From Felis catus (lineage: Eukaryota), in the NCBI RefSeq assembly GCF_018350175.1, contig NC_058368.1, forward strand, positions 49,787,815 to 49,851,814: DNA of 64,000 nucleotides, in the 5' to 3' direction. This document shows positions 40,336 through 53,599 of the stretch, in pieces. The stretch's first letter is position 1; every line of letters begins with the position of its first letter. Position numbers and translations under genes: made by a program. The notes under the pieces are model-generated. The model saw only the letters and a program-made list of their open reading frames with translations. It was not told the origin of the DNA and made no database searches.

Positions 40336-41719
40336 CCATATACTATGTAAACACACACGAGGAAAACAGAACTCACAGAAAGTAGAGTTACACACACACA
40401 AGGCATGTGAACTTCTGTCACTGGCCCAAATAAGAGGAAGCTGTGAAGCATGCCAGCCATCAGGCCCCGGGGGAAGGAGCTCTACAGTCTAGTTTCACAG
40501 TATGTGTGGAATTTGTGGTCATGGGGAAAGGACACAGAGCCCCCGTGCTCCAGGGCCCCTCTCTCAAGGGCTGTTCCAAACATGCAGTTCCAAAATAAAC
40601 CAAACTGACTGGCTGCCTTTCACCCATGGGTGATGACCCACTCCTGGTACATGGCCAGGTATCACAGATCCAAGGTCAATGCACTTTGAATTCCACATCT
40701 TCCACCACATACTCAGCTTTAAATCCTTACTCATTTTACTTTTCAGATAAAAGGTTGTGGGTTCTTTTGTCAGGAAGAAAGCATTAAAATAATTATTGGT
40801 TCTAATTTCATAGGAATAATAAAAAATCATTTGCCAGCAACTAGTTTTTCATTACCAAAAATGTTACTACAGGCTCTATTATATTGCTCAAACTATATTC
40901 TAAATGGTTTTGGGTTTTTTTGCATGTTGTCATTGAGTTATAAAACTTACCCATTTTCACCTGGTAGACAACTTCACAAATACAGGCAAGAAGTGTAAAT
41001 AATTTTGTTAAACACTCCAACATTTCCACAACTCACATGCTGCTCCAAAATACTTAACAAATACACCAAAAAGATGATTTACTACCTACTACTATTTGTT
41101 TCTTTTCCAGTTTTATTGAGGTATAATTGACACATTTTGTTGTATTAGTTTTAGGTTTACAACACGATGATCTGATTACTTACTATTATTTCTATATTTC
41201 TTATGATACAAATTTTAGTTACACTAGATCTCATCATAAATTCTTTTTCTTGTTCTTAGTTGCACTACAGCATTGTTATGAAGTCCAATATCTCATCTCT
41301 TCTTAAGTTTACTACTAAACTTTAGTGTTTACTATTTGAAGAGCTCAAGCAAATTGACAGCAAAAACAGATTCCAGTAGGACAAAGGATGTGAACAGATA
41401 ATTCTTAAGAGAAGTCATAAAGACACGGTTGAAATGTAAAGTCAAAAATAATTAAAGAAATACAAATTAAATCAAGAAGATGACAGTTTTGGAAAAGATT
41501 ATAAAGCAAAGGTTATATACAGTGATAGAGAAGGTTCAGTGAAACCACACACCTATAGACACTGGTGGTGTAATTGTAAATCAGAATAGGCTTTCAGTAA
41601 AACAACTGGGCAAAATGTTTAATACCTTCATACAACTCACCCCAACCTATCGCCCTGCCACAACAAAATAAATATATAAATATATTTCTAAAAATTATTA
41701 AATTATTCTTAAAAATAAA

Positions 41720-41960
41720 TTTTTATTTTATTTTATTTTATTTTATTTTATTTTATTTTATTTTATTTATTTTACTTTGAAAGAGAGAGCGTGCATGCAG
41801 TTGTGAGCACAGGGGAGGGGTAGATTGAGGGAGAGAGAGAATCCCAAGCAGGCTCAGCACTATTGGTGCCAAGCCCAATGTGGGGCTCAAACTCACGTGC
41901 CACGAAATCATGACCTGAGCTGAAGTTTGAGCTTAACCGACTGAGGCACCCAGGAGCCCC
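41720..41960 (-). mobile_element. Can-SINE with (TTTTA)n tail
   Basis: Head at 41960; pentamer tail 41720-41770. Confidence 0.9.
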
Positions 41961-42004
41961 ATAGTTGTAGCCCTATTTTAAAGTGATTAAAAAAAATTTT
42001 TTAA

Positions 42005-42235
42005 GGGGCGCCTGGGTTGCTCAGTCGGTTGGGCATCCAACTTCGGCTCAGGTCACGATCTCACGGTCTGTGAGTTCGAGCCCTGCGTCGGGCTCTGGGC
42101 TGATGGCTCAGAGCCTGGAGCCTGCTTCTGATTCTGTGTCTCCCTCTGCCTCTCTGCCCCTCCCCGTTCATGCTCTGTCTCTCTCTGTCCCCCAAAAAAA
42201 TAAACGTTAAAAAAAATTTAAAAAAATGTTTTTTA
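42005..42235 (+). mobile_element. Can-SINE
   Basis: Full head, body and tail. Confidence 0.92.
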
Positions 42236-42394
42236 AGAATTCCTCGAAATTTATTTAGGGGCACCTGGGTGGCATAGATGAATTATATAGCATATTCATT
42301 CTGAGAAGTAATGAACAATCACTTTTTTTTAATGACACAATAAAAAAAGCAGAATACAAAACTGTATACATATTATTATAACACTTCAACACTT

Positions 42395-42845
42395 TTTGTT
42401 TTAATTTAGAATAGTTTTAGATTTATCAAAAAGATGTGAAGACAGTATAAAGAGTTTCTATATAATCCAAACCCAATTTCTCCTACTGTTAACATGTTTC
42501 TTTGGCATGCATTTGTCACAATTAGTGAACCCATATTGATACATTATTATTCACTAAAGTGCATGCTTTATTCAGATGTCCTGAGTTTTTCCCAAATGTC
42601 CTTTTCTGTTCCAGGACCTCACCCAGGATACTACATTACCTTTAGCCATCTTGTGTCCTTAAGCTCCCCTTGGCTATGACAATTTTCAGACTTACTATTA
42701 TTGATGACCTTGACAGTTTTGAGGCATGCTCATCAGGCATTTTATAGACTGTTTCTGAATTGGGATTTTTCTAGTGTTTTTTTCATGATGACATGGGATG
42801 ATGGGTTTGGGGGAGGAAGACCACAGAAGTCAAGTGCTATTTCTA
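42395..42845 (-). mobile_element. Ancient L1MC-type 3' fragment
   Basis: catttgtcacaattagtgaacccatattgatacattatta...ttctgttccaggac motifs. Confidence 0.65.
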
Positions 42846-43261
42846 ACAATTCATTTAATAGAAAGCATGGAAAAAAGAAACAAAATGCTAACGATAAGTA
42901 ACTTGGGTAATGACAGCCTATGGATAATTTTTTTCTTCTCTGCAATGATCTAAATGACCTTTTAAAATATTTCACAAAAACCATTTTCATGACTGTAAGA
43001 GGGAAACACCTAAAGAGAAACCATGCAGTTAAAAATGGAACAAAAGCAGAAATATGTCCATGTGCTGTCCTGCCTCCCATGCTCAGAAACGGGGTGGCTA
43101 CACTTGTCTACCAGCTGCTGTTTCTCCCCCTGGTCACAAGCAGCCATGCAATTGGCATGACAGCTGTTGAATGACTTCTAGGTACTGGCACATCTATGTA
43201 GGCTAGACCTAGAGAAGGGAGACTTTTTGGGAAGGTATCATTCTTCCTGACATCTTTCTTT

Positions 43262-43296
43262 TTTTAAATCTTTTTTTTTGTTAATGTTTATCTATT

Positions 43297-43333
<37 letters not shown>

Positions 43334-43509
43334 ATGCACACAAGTGGGGGAGGGGCAGAGAGAGAAAGAGGGAGACACAGAATCTGAAGCAGGCTCCAGG
43401 TTATGAGCTGTCGGCCAAGAGCCAGATGTGGGGCTAGAACTCTCAAAACATGAGATCATGACTTGAGCCAAAGTCGGAAGCTTAACCGACTGACCCACCC
43501 AGGCACCCC
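43262..43509 (-). mobile_element. Can-SINE
   Basis: TSD a(c/t)atctttctt. Confidence 0.9.
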
Positions 43510-45648
43510 TATATCTTTCTTACATATAGGCCAACACCTAGTATCTTTATGGATGCAAAGGGAAAGTTCAGCTCATTAAATTCTCCTCTAGAGGAAGGGA
43601 GGATCATAAACTATTAGGTGATGCAATGAAGTTACAGAATAGCATAAATAGTATGATACAATTTTGATGAAAAGATATAATATATACATCTCCAATAAAT
43701 CATATGTATTTTTTTAAGTCTAGAAAGTATGTATCAGTCTATAATATCCTGAGGGAAAGGAGAATTAAAATGGAAGCTGTTGTTTGCTTTTCATTTTTTT
43801 TTACTTTTTATACTTTCATAGTATATAAACTTTACCATAAGCGTCTTTTGTTATTATAAAAAGAATTTTAAAATATAGAAAAGCTTTAAACCAAAAACTT
43901 ATCTATTTAAAAAGTTAAATTAGCCACTATATACAAAATAAGGCACAGTCCAAAGAGCAAACCACAACAAGGAAGTTTCAATAAATCTCAAGCATAACAT
44001 TCCAAGACTACAACTCTTCATCTATCTTTTAAGAATGTAAATGCCGCGGAGCCAAGATGGCGGGAACAGCATGGAAATTTTTTGTGTGTCTCCTGTCCAT
44101 GAAATACAGCCAGACCAACACTAAACCAACCTACACAACTAGAAAACTGACTGGAGGATTAACACAACAATATGCACAACCTGAACCACAGAATTCAGCA
44201 GGTACACAGCACAGAAAGGTGAACTTGGGGAGCGGGAAGGTGCAGGAAGGGAGGTGCTTTTGTGAGCGGATAGAGGACGCAGACTGGATGCGGGGAGAAT
44301 ACAGGAAAAGCACCCCTGCCCATAAGCAGCTGGAGAGAAAGTGGAAAATTGGAAACAGCCGCAGGAACTAAAACTAAAAAGGGAGAAAGGAGAAAGAAGA
44401 CTGTTTAAATTCCATTAAGACTATAAACAAGGGGAGCGCAAAGGCTGCAACTCCCCAGCTTGATACCTGGCAGTGCTCTGGTGGGAAGGGTGAATGCCCA
44501 CGAACACAGTGGGGTCCGAAAGGTTCTCAGGCCACACGGGGAAAAGCGGTTCCACTGCTGGAAGGACATTTGGTAGAGACTGTTGAAGCCACTTGGTCCC
44601 AGCAGACCCCAGAAAACCGCCACATTCGCTGGTGCTGGAACAAGGCCGTTAAGGGCGAAGTCTGGTGCCAGATGTGTGTTGTGATTTTCCCTAATTCCTG
44701 AAAACACTGCTGCTACACTGTCTTGCGAACTTTTTCTGGGGCGGGCTGGCACCTTGCTTCAGTCTCGGGGCACTGGCAGCAGCAGGGTCCAGCAAGCGTT
44801 CCTTGGTGCAGCTGACATTCGTCCATTGCTCATTCGGCCATTGCTCGGTGAGACCCTCCCGCAGAGGGGCCGTACGGGTCAAAGCCGCAGTCCTTCAGAA
44901 ATAAGGGGCCGGGGAAAATAGCCGCATATGACACAAAACTCAGGAGAGAGGTACTGCCTGGGGGCTGCCTGGTCAGACAGTGAAAAAGTGGGGAGTGGAC
45001 GAAAGCTGAAGATAGAGGACTGGTGCACAATTGCTGATTCAGGAGAATAGACTGGGTAGCTGGGTAGCATAGGGTCACTGCTCCCGCGCATGCGCATACG
45101 CACCTACAAGCGTCGCAACAATCCACCCCAATAGGCTAGCAGCGCCATCTAGTGGAGAGGGGAGCCGTTACACTAAGCCCCACCCAAGTGGGTCAACCTC
45201 CCTCTTCAAGAACGTAAGTCTCACCGCCTGCTTAGTTTATGGAATATAAAGCGCTTCACAGTCTGACTTCTAGAGAAAAATGAAGTAATTTCAGTCCTAC
45301 TTCAATCTGTTAGCAGGTCCATCTATTCAATTTTCTTTCTTTTTTTTTTTTTTTTTTTTACATTTCTTTTATTTTTCTTGAATACAGAAAGAGAAAACAT
45401 TTGTTTTTATTTTCAATTTTTATTAAAATATTTTAATTTAATTTTTATTTTTTACATGTGTGTAAATTTTTTCAAATTCTATCTTACTTCCATCAGTTTA
45501 TTTTAGTCTACTTCAGTGTATTCACTTTTTCAAACAATTTCCTTTTTTTTCTTTTTTTAAATCTTTTTCCTCTTTTTCGTTCCTTTTTTCTTAAATACAG
45601 AAAAAGAAAAAATCCTTTATTTTTAATTTTTATTAAAAATATTTTCTT

Positions 45649-45863
45649 GGGGCGCCTGGGTGGCGCAGTCGGTTAAGCGCCCGACTTCAGCCAGGTCACG
45701 ATCTCATGGTCCGTGAGTTCGAGCCCCATGTCGGGCTCTGGGCTGATGGCTCGGAGCCTGGAGCCTGTTTCCTATTCTGTGTCTCCCTCTCTCTCTGCCC
45801 CTCCCCCATTCATGCTCTGTCTCTCTCTGTCCCAAAAATAAATAAATGTTGAAAAAAAAATTA
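45649..45863 (+). mobile_element. Young Can-SINE nested in the L1 5' UTR
   Basis: TSD aaaaatattttctt (45635-45648 / 45864-45877). Confidence 0.95.
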
Positions 45864-46199
45864 AAAAATATTTTCTTTTTTTTTCTACTATATTCTTTAC
45901 TTTTGTATATATATTTTTTTCAAATTCTATTTTACTCCCATCATCTCATTTTAGTCTACTTCAGTGTATTCATTTTTCCAAATTCTCAAACGATTTCCTT
46001 TTTTTTCTCCCCCCCCCCCTTTTTTTCTCTAATCTGTCAAACCACTTTCAACACTCAGACCAAAACACACCTAGGCTCCAGCATCATTTATATGATTTGT
46101 GTGTGTGTGTTACATTTTTTAATTTTAATATTTTTTTTAATTTTAATATTTTTTACTTTAATTTTTTTCTACCTCATTAATTCCTTTTCTCCCTTCAAA

Positions 46200-47267
46200 C
46201 TGACAAAACGAAGGAATTCATCCCAAAAGAAAGAGCACAAAAAAACGACAGCCAGGGATTTAACCAACACAGATACAAGCAAGATGTCTGAACCAGAATT
46301 TAGAATCACGATAATAAGAATACTAGCTGGAGTCGAAAATAGATCAGAATCCCTTTCTGCAGAGATAAAAGAAGTAAAAAATATTCAGAATGAAATTAAA
46401 ACTACTTTAACTGAGCTGCAATCATGGATGGATGCAGCAGTGGCAAGGATGGATGAGGCAGAACAGAGAATCAGCGATATAGAGGTCAAACTTACAGAGA
46501 ATAATGAAGCAGAAAAAAAGAGGGAGAGTAAGGCAAAAGAGCACGATTTAAGAATTAGAGAAATCAACTGAGAACAAACTGAAGGTTGATGGGGGGTGGG
46601 AGGGAGAGGAGGGTAGGTGATGGATATTGAAGAGGGCATCTTTTGGGATGAGAACTGGGTGTTGTATGGAAACCAATTTGACAATAAATTTCATATATTA
46701 AAAAATATATAAAAAATTTAAAAAAATTAGAAAAATCAGTGACTCATTAAAAAGGAACAACATCAGAATCATAGAGGTCCCAGAAGAGGAAGAGACAGAA
46801 ATAGGGGTAGAAGGGTTATGTGAGTGAATCATAGTGGAAAACTTTCCTAACCCGGGGAAAGACACAGACCTCAAAATCCAGGAAGCACAGAGGACCCCCA
46901 TTAGATTCAACAAAAACCGACCATCAACAAGGCATATCATAGTCAAATTCACAAAATACTCAGGCAAGGAGAGAATCATGAAAGCAGCAAAGGAAAATAA
47001 ATCCTTAACCTACAAGGGAAGACAGATCAGGTTGGCAGCAGACCCATCCACAGAAACTTGGCAGGCCAGAAAGGAGTGGCAGGATATATTCAGTGTGCTG
47101 AATCAGAAAAATATGCAGCCAAGATTCTTTATCCAGCAAGGCTGTCATTCAAAATAGAAGGAGAGATGAAAAGTTTCCCAGACAAACAAAAATTACAGGA
47201 GTTTGTGACCACTAAACCAGCCCTGCAAGAAATTTTAAGGGGGACTCTCTTAGGGGAGAAAAGATGA
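46200..47267 (+). pseudogene. L1 ORF1 (disrupted)
   Basis: TKRRNS..., ENFPNPGKD..IQEAQRTP, YPARLSFKIEGE; apparent start ATG->CTG at 46200, nested insertion, stop and frameshift. Confidence 0.88.
46567..46724 (+). mobile_element. Very short L1 3' end nested in ORF1
   Basis: TSD aattaga(g/a)aaatca (46553-46566 / 46725-46738); closely matches 63151-63278. Confidence 0.92.
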
Positions 47268-47271
47268 AAAC

Positions 47272-47328
<57 letters not shown>

Positions 47329-47505
47329 TATGTGTATATGTATATGTACATATACGTATATGTACATATATGTATATGTACATATATGTATATGCATATA
47401 TGTAAATACACATATATAATATATATTTATTTTGGTATTTATATATAATATATATCATATATATGCAAATATATATGTATAATATATTTATAGTATATAT
47501 ATATG
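47272..47505 (+). repeat. Compound (TA)n(TG)n and degenerate TA-rich repeat in the L1 inter-ORF spacer
   Basis: Direct reading. Confidence 0.9.
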
Positions 47506-47587
47506 GAAATAGATAAATACCAAAAGCAACAAAGATTAGAAAGGACCAGAGAATACCACCAGAAACTCCAACTCTACAAGCAACATA

Positions 47588-50500
47588 ATGGCAATAAATT
47601 CGTATCTTTCAGTACTCACTCTAAATGTCAATGGACTCAATGCTCCAATCAAAAGACATAGGGTAACAGAAGGATAAGAAAACAAGATCCATCTACATGC
47701 TGTTTACAAGAGACCCACTGTAGACCTAAAGACACCTTCAGATTGAAAATAAGGGGATGGAGAACCATCTATCATGCTAATGGTCAACAAAAGAAGCTGG
47801 AATAGCTATACTTACATCAGACAATCTAGACTTTAAAATAAAGACTATATCAAGAGACACAGAAGGGCATTATATCATAATCAAGGGGTCTATCCACCAA
47901 GAAGATCTAACAATTGTAAACATTTATGCACCAAATGTGAGAGCACCCAAATATATAAATCAATTAATCACAAACATAAAGAAACTCATCGATAGTAATA
48001 CCATAATAGTAGGAGACTTAAACACCCCACTCACAGCAATGGACAGATCATCTAATCAAAAAAATCAACAAGGAAACAAAGGCTTTGAATGACATACTGG
48101 ACCAGATGGACTTAACAGATATATTCAGAACATTTCATCCTAAAGCAGCAGAATATACATTCTTCTCCAGTGCACATAGAACATTCTCCAGAATAGACCA
48201 CATACTGGGACACAAATCAGCCCTCAACAAGCAGAAAAAGATCGAGATCATACCATGCATATTTTCAGACCACAACGCTATGAAACTCGAAATCAACCAC
48301 AAGAAAAAATTTGGAAAATAACAAATACTTGGAGACTAAAGACCATGCTACTAAATAATGAATGGGCTAACCAAGAAGTTAAAGAGAAAATTAAAAAGTA
48401 AATGGAAGACAATGAAAATGATAACACCACAGCCCAAAACCTCTGGGATGCAGGAAAGGTGGTGATAAGAGGAAAGTATATAGCAATCCAGGCCTTCCTA
48501 AAGAAGGAAGAAAGGTCACAGATACACAACCTAACCTTACACCTTAAAGAGCTGGAAAAAGAACAGCAAATAAAACCCCAAACCAGCAGAAGACAGGAAA
48601 TAATAAAGATTAGAACAGAAATTAATGCTATCAAAACCAAAAAAAAAACAGTAGAACAGATCAATGAAACCAGAAGCTGGTTCGTTGAAAGAATTAACAA
48701 AATTGATAAACCACTACCCACTTTGAACAAAAAGAAAAAGGAAAGGACCCAAATAAATAAAATCAAGAATGAAAGAGGAGAGATCACAACCAACACAGCA
48801 GAAATAAAAACAATAAAAAGAAAATATTACGAGCAATTATATGCCAATAAAATGGGCAATCTGGAGGCAGTGAACAAATTCCTAGAAACATATACACTAC
48901 CAAAACTGAAACAGGAAGAAATGGAAAATTTGAACAGACCCATACCAGTAAGAAAATCGAATTAGTAATCAAAAATCTGCCAAAAAACAAGAGTCAAGGG
49001 TCAGATGGCTATCCAGGGAAATTTTACCAACCATTTAAGGAAGAGTTAACACCTATTCTCTTGAAGCTGTTCCAAGAAATAGAAACGGAAGGGAAACTTC
49101 CAAACTCTTTCTATGAAGCCAGCATTACCTTGATTCCAAAATCAGACAGAGACCACACTAAAAAGGAGAACTATAGACCAATTTCCCTGATGAACATGGA
49201 TGCAAAAATCTTCAACAAGATATTAGCCAACTGGATCCAACAATACATTAAAAAAATTATTCACCCACCACCAAGTGGGATTTATACCTGGGATGCAGGG
49301 CTGGCTCAATATCCACAAAACAATTAATGTGATTCATCACATCAATAGAAGAAAAGACAAGAACCATAAGATCCTCTCAATAGATGCAAAGAAAGCATTT
49401 GACAAAATACAGCATCCTTTCTTGATAAAAACCCTCAAGAAAGTAGGGATAGAAGGAGCATACCTCGAGATCATAAAAGCCATATATGAACAACCCAATG
49501 CTAATATCATCCTCAATGGAGAAAAACTGAGAGCTTTCCCCTTAAGGTCAGGAACAAGACAGGGATGTCCACTCCCACCACTGTCATTCAACATAGTATT
49601 GGAAATTTAGCCTCTGCAATCAGACAACACAAAGAAATAAAAGGCATCCAAATCAGCCAGGATGAGGTCAAACTTTCACTCTTCACAGATGACACAATAC
49701 TCTATATGGAAAACCCAAAAGATTCCACCAAAAAACTGCTAGAATTGATTCATGAATTCAGCAAAGTTGCAGGATATAAAATCAATGCACAGAAATCGGT
49801 TGCATTCCTATACACCAACAATGAAGCAACAGAAAGAGAAATCAAGGAATCGATCCCATTTACAGTTGCACAAAAAAACCATAAAATACCTAGGAATAAA
49901 TCTAACCAAATAGGTTAAAAATCTATACGCTGAAAACTATAGAAAGCTTATGAAAGAAATTGAAGAAGACACCAAAAAATGGAAAAAGATTCCATGCTCC
50001 TGGATAAGAAGAGCAAATATTGTTAAAATGTCGATACTATCCAAAGCAATCTACATATTCAATGCAATCCCTATCAAAATAACACCAGCATTCTTCACAG
50101 AGCTAGAACAAATAATCCTAAAATTTGTATGGAACCAGAAAAAACCCCGAATAGCCAAAGCAATCTTGAAAAAGAAAACCAAAACAGGAGGCATCACAAT
50201 CCCAGACCTCAAGCTATACTACAAAGCTGTAATCATCAAGACAGTATGGTACTGGCACAAGAACAGACACTCAGATCAATGGAACAGAATAGAGAATCCA
50301 GAAATGGACCTACGAACATATGGCCAACTAATCTTTGACAAAGCAGGAAAGAATATCTAATGGAATAAAGACAGTCTCCTCAGCAAGTGGTGTTTGGAAA
50401 ACTGGACAGCGACATGCAGAAGAATGAACCTGGACCACTTTCTTACACTATACACAAAAATAAACTTAAAATGGATGAAAGACCTAAATGTTACACAGGA

Positions 50501-51420
50501 AGCCATCAAAATCCTTGAGGAGAAAGCAGGCAAAAACCTCTTTGATCTTGGCCGCAGCAACTTCTTACTCAACACGTCTCCTGAGGCAAGGGAAACAAAA
50601 GCAAAAATGAACTACTGGGACCTCATCAAAATAAAAAGCCTCTGCACAGCAAAGGAAACAATCAGCAAAACTAAAAGGCAACCGACAGAATGGGAGAAGA
50701 TATTTGCAAATGGCATATCAGAAAAAGGGTTACTATCCAAAATCTATAAAGAACTTATCAAACTCAACACCCAAAAAACAAATAATCCAGTGAAGAAATG
50801 GGCAAAAGACATGAATAGACATTTCTTCAAAGAAGACTTCCAGATGGCCAACCAATACATTAAAAAATGCTCCACATCACTCATCATCAGGGAAACACAA
50901 ATCAAAATCACAATGAGATACCACCTGACATCTGTCAGAATGGCTAACATTAACAACTCAGGCAACAACAGATGTTGGCAAGGATGCAGAGAAAGAGGAT
51001 CTCTTTTGCACTGCTGGTGGGAATGCAAACTGGGGCAACCACTTGGGAAAACAGTATGGAAGTCCCTCAAAAAATTAAAACTAGAACTACCCTATGACCC
51101 AGCAATTGCACTAAATACCTAACAAGGTATTTATCAAAGGGATACAGGTGTGCCATTTTGAAGGAACACATGCATCCCCATGTTTATAGCAGCACTATCA
51201 TCAATAGCCAAAGTATGGAAAGAGCCCAAATCCATCCATCAATGGATGAATGGATAAAGAAGATGTGGTATATATATACAATGGAGTATTACTCGGCAAT
51301 CAAAAAGAAAGAAATCTTGCCATTTGCAACTACGTGGATGGAACTGGAGGCTATTATGCTAAGTGAAATTAGGCAGAGAAAGACAAGAATCATATGACTT
51401 CACTCATATGAGGACTTTAA
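47588..51420 (+). pseudogene. L1 ORF2 endonuclease/reverse transcriptase (disrupted)
   Basis: MAINSYLSVLTLNVNGLNAPIKR start; [30 protein letters not shown] motif reads FTDD; broken into at least 8 ORF fragments. Confidence 0.92.
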
Positions 51421-53599
51421 GAGACAAAACACATGAACATAAGGGAAGGGAAGCAAAATAATATAAAAACAGGGAGGGGGACAAAACAGAAGAGACTCAT
51501 AAATATGGAGAACAAACTGAGGGTTACAGGAGGGGCTGTGGGAGGGGGGATGGGCTAAATGGGTAAGGGGCACTAAGGAATCTACTCCTGAAGTCATTGT
51601 TGCACTATATGCTAACTAATTTGGATGTAAATTTTAAAAAATAAAAAAACAACATTAAAAAAAAAAGAATGTAAATGCCACATTTGTGTTTTTCCTTTCG
51701 TAAAACTGAAATTAAATGTAGCTGTCTATGTTTCTTGCACATCTCTCTCTGCCTATCATTTTAAGAAGGGTGTTCATGACAAGCGCTAACATCAGGGAGA
51801 TAGGTTTCTCAGGCATAACTGAATTAGTTCACTCAGGCCTTTCAAACAGCTGCAGTGTCTAAAAGCATCCAACCGTGAGGGCAATGTGCCCACATGTTCC
51901 TTTCCTTTTTAACAAGCTGTTTGATATACGAATCTTCAAGAGAATCTGTTAAGAAACCCATCTAAGGGTCCAACCCAGGAAGGTAATACGAATCACTTCC
52001 ACAGAGACTCAGAGGATGAACACAGCCTTCCTTATCATTTTATTCTTTACAAACCTTACTTATTTCCAAGATGATTGGGCATCACCTGGTTTGAAAAATG
52101 GCACAGATACTCAAATTTCTATCCAACTTCTTTGACTTAAAGCACTGCAGGCCTTTGTTCAGACACAAATATGCTGTCTTGTGACTTTGTCCTTCATTTC
52201 TGCCTCAGCACAGTTTCATTTCTGCCTCAGCACAGTTTTATGAAACTAAATGTGGCAAAAGAGAGTAGCAAGGAAATGAAACACTGGAGGTTAAGTGTTG
52301 ATGAGGATAAGAGGATCAGGAAGGATTTAGCACATCCCAGTGGCTTAGCCCACGGCAACTGAGAAGCGATTTCAGAATACAGGGACTTGAGGGAATTCCT
52401 TTTTTTGTAAGATATATAGTTCTATTTACTAACATGTTTATGGTTCCTAGAAGAGTAGAATAAACAAAAGTGATTTAGTGGAGAAACAAGAAAGCTCAGG
52501 GAAGATTAGGCAGTTTTCTCCATATCAAATTGGAAGGTCCTGCATGACAAGATACTATCTCATCTATATGATATGCTTGCCTATAAGGAAGGTTTAGGGC
52601 AGGTGAGTTGGAAAAAAGAATCTAAAGCCATGGACATATGCCCAGCACCCACAGGTCAGTAAAGGTTCTAACACATACTCAGGTACATGCAGAATTCAAG
52701 TAACCCAGATCGTCAATGTCCTAAGGAAACTGAACATAATAGTTATGAATCATGTGCAAGTTTTTGATAAACTGAGTCAGGTAAAACGATTGAGTAGCTG
52801 ACCAAAGCTTCAGAAGTATTTCTGATCTACACATGCACGGAGGGGAAACCATCCAGGCCCCGGGATGTCAATATTGGTAGGTAGGGACTAGCTCTAAACT
52901 CCAGCTGCCTCTCCTTCATCTCTCTGCACTTCTGTTTCTTCACCCAATGATCATCTGGGTGTTATCTGATGCCGGGGCCTGTGCTGGGTGCTAGATTTAG
53001 TACGATTAATAGGCCACGGGCTCTTCCTTCAAAGATATCAACATCTCCAGGAGGAGATCCTCTGTTTTTGCCAGACTAATACCTTCCAAATCTCTGTCTG
53101 AAAGACTACACTTCTGGATTCTACAAAAATGGCAGCAGCAATGGAAGCATAGTTTTTGAATCTTCCCAAATCAACAACTAATTACAAAACCAAAACTCGT
53201 AGACAGCATCCATAACAAAAGAAGGTGAGAAAGTATCCTTGTGAATCCCAAACACAACTGGTGTGGTACAAATCACACAGAGCTGCAAGATTTGCATGGT
53301 CTCTGTATCTCTGGGGAAAGAAAAGGGAAGCAGTGGGGTGACTAAGGAGCCTGAGAACAAGAGTAGCCAACAGTTACTCACTGTAAAGCCTGGCTGGCCA
53401 ATCTGAGAATAGCAGTGGACCCTGGGAGGTTTCTGTCTACTCCAAAAACAGGTGTGACAGGCGTCCACATTCAAGAGAGGAACCCACACTGATAAGGAAC
53501 TGCTGTACATGGAATCAAACTTGAGCAGGACAGGAAAAGAAAGAGAAGGTCCAGATAAAAGAGAAATAGGGAATCCTGCAGAAAATCTCAGTAAACAAG

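Larger units (their letters stand above)
44046..51664 (+). mobile_element. Full-length carnivore/felid LINE-1, inactive, antisense to TBC1D4
   Basis: 15-bp TSD aagaatgtaaatgcc (44031-44045 / 51665-51679) at a tttt|aa site; 5' end gagccaagatggcg; GC-rich 5' UTR, ORF1, ORF2, 3' UTR and polyA. Confidence 0.97.

Noticed and set aside
44046..51664. Potentially active L1
   Set aside because: ORF1 start lost and interrupted; ORF2 has many stops and frameshifts and an altered FADD motif
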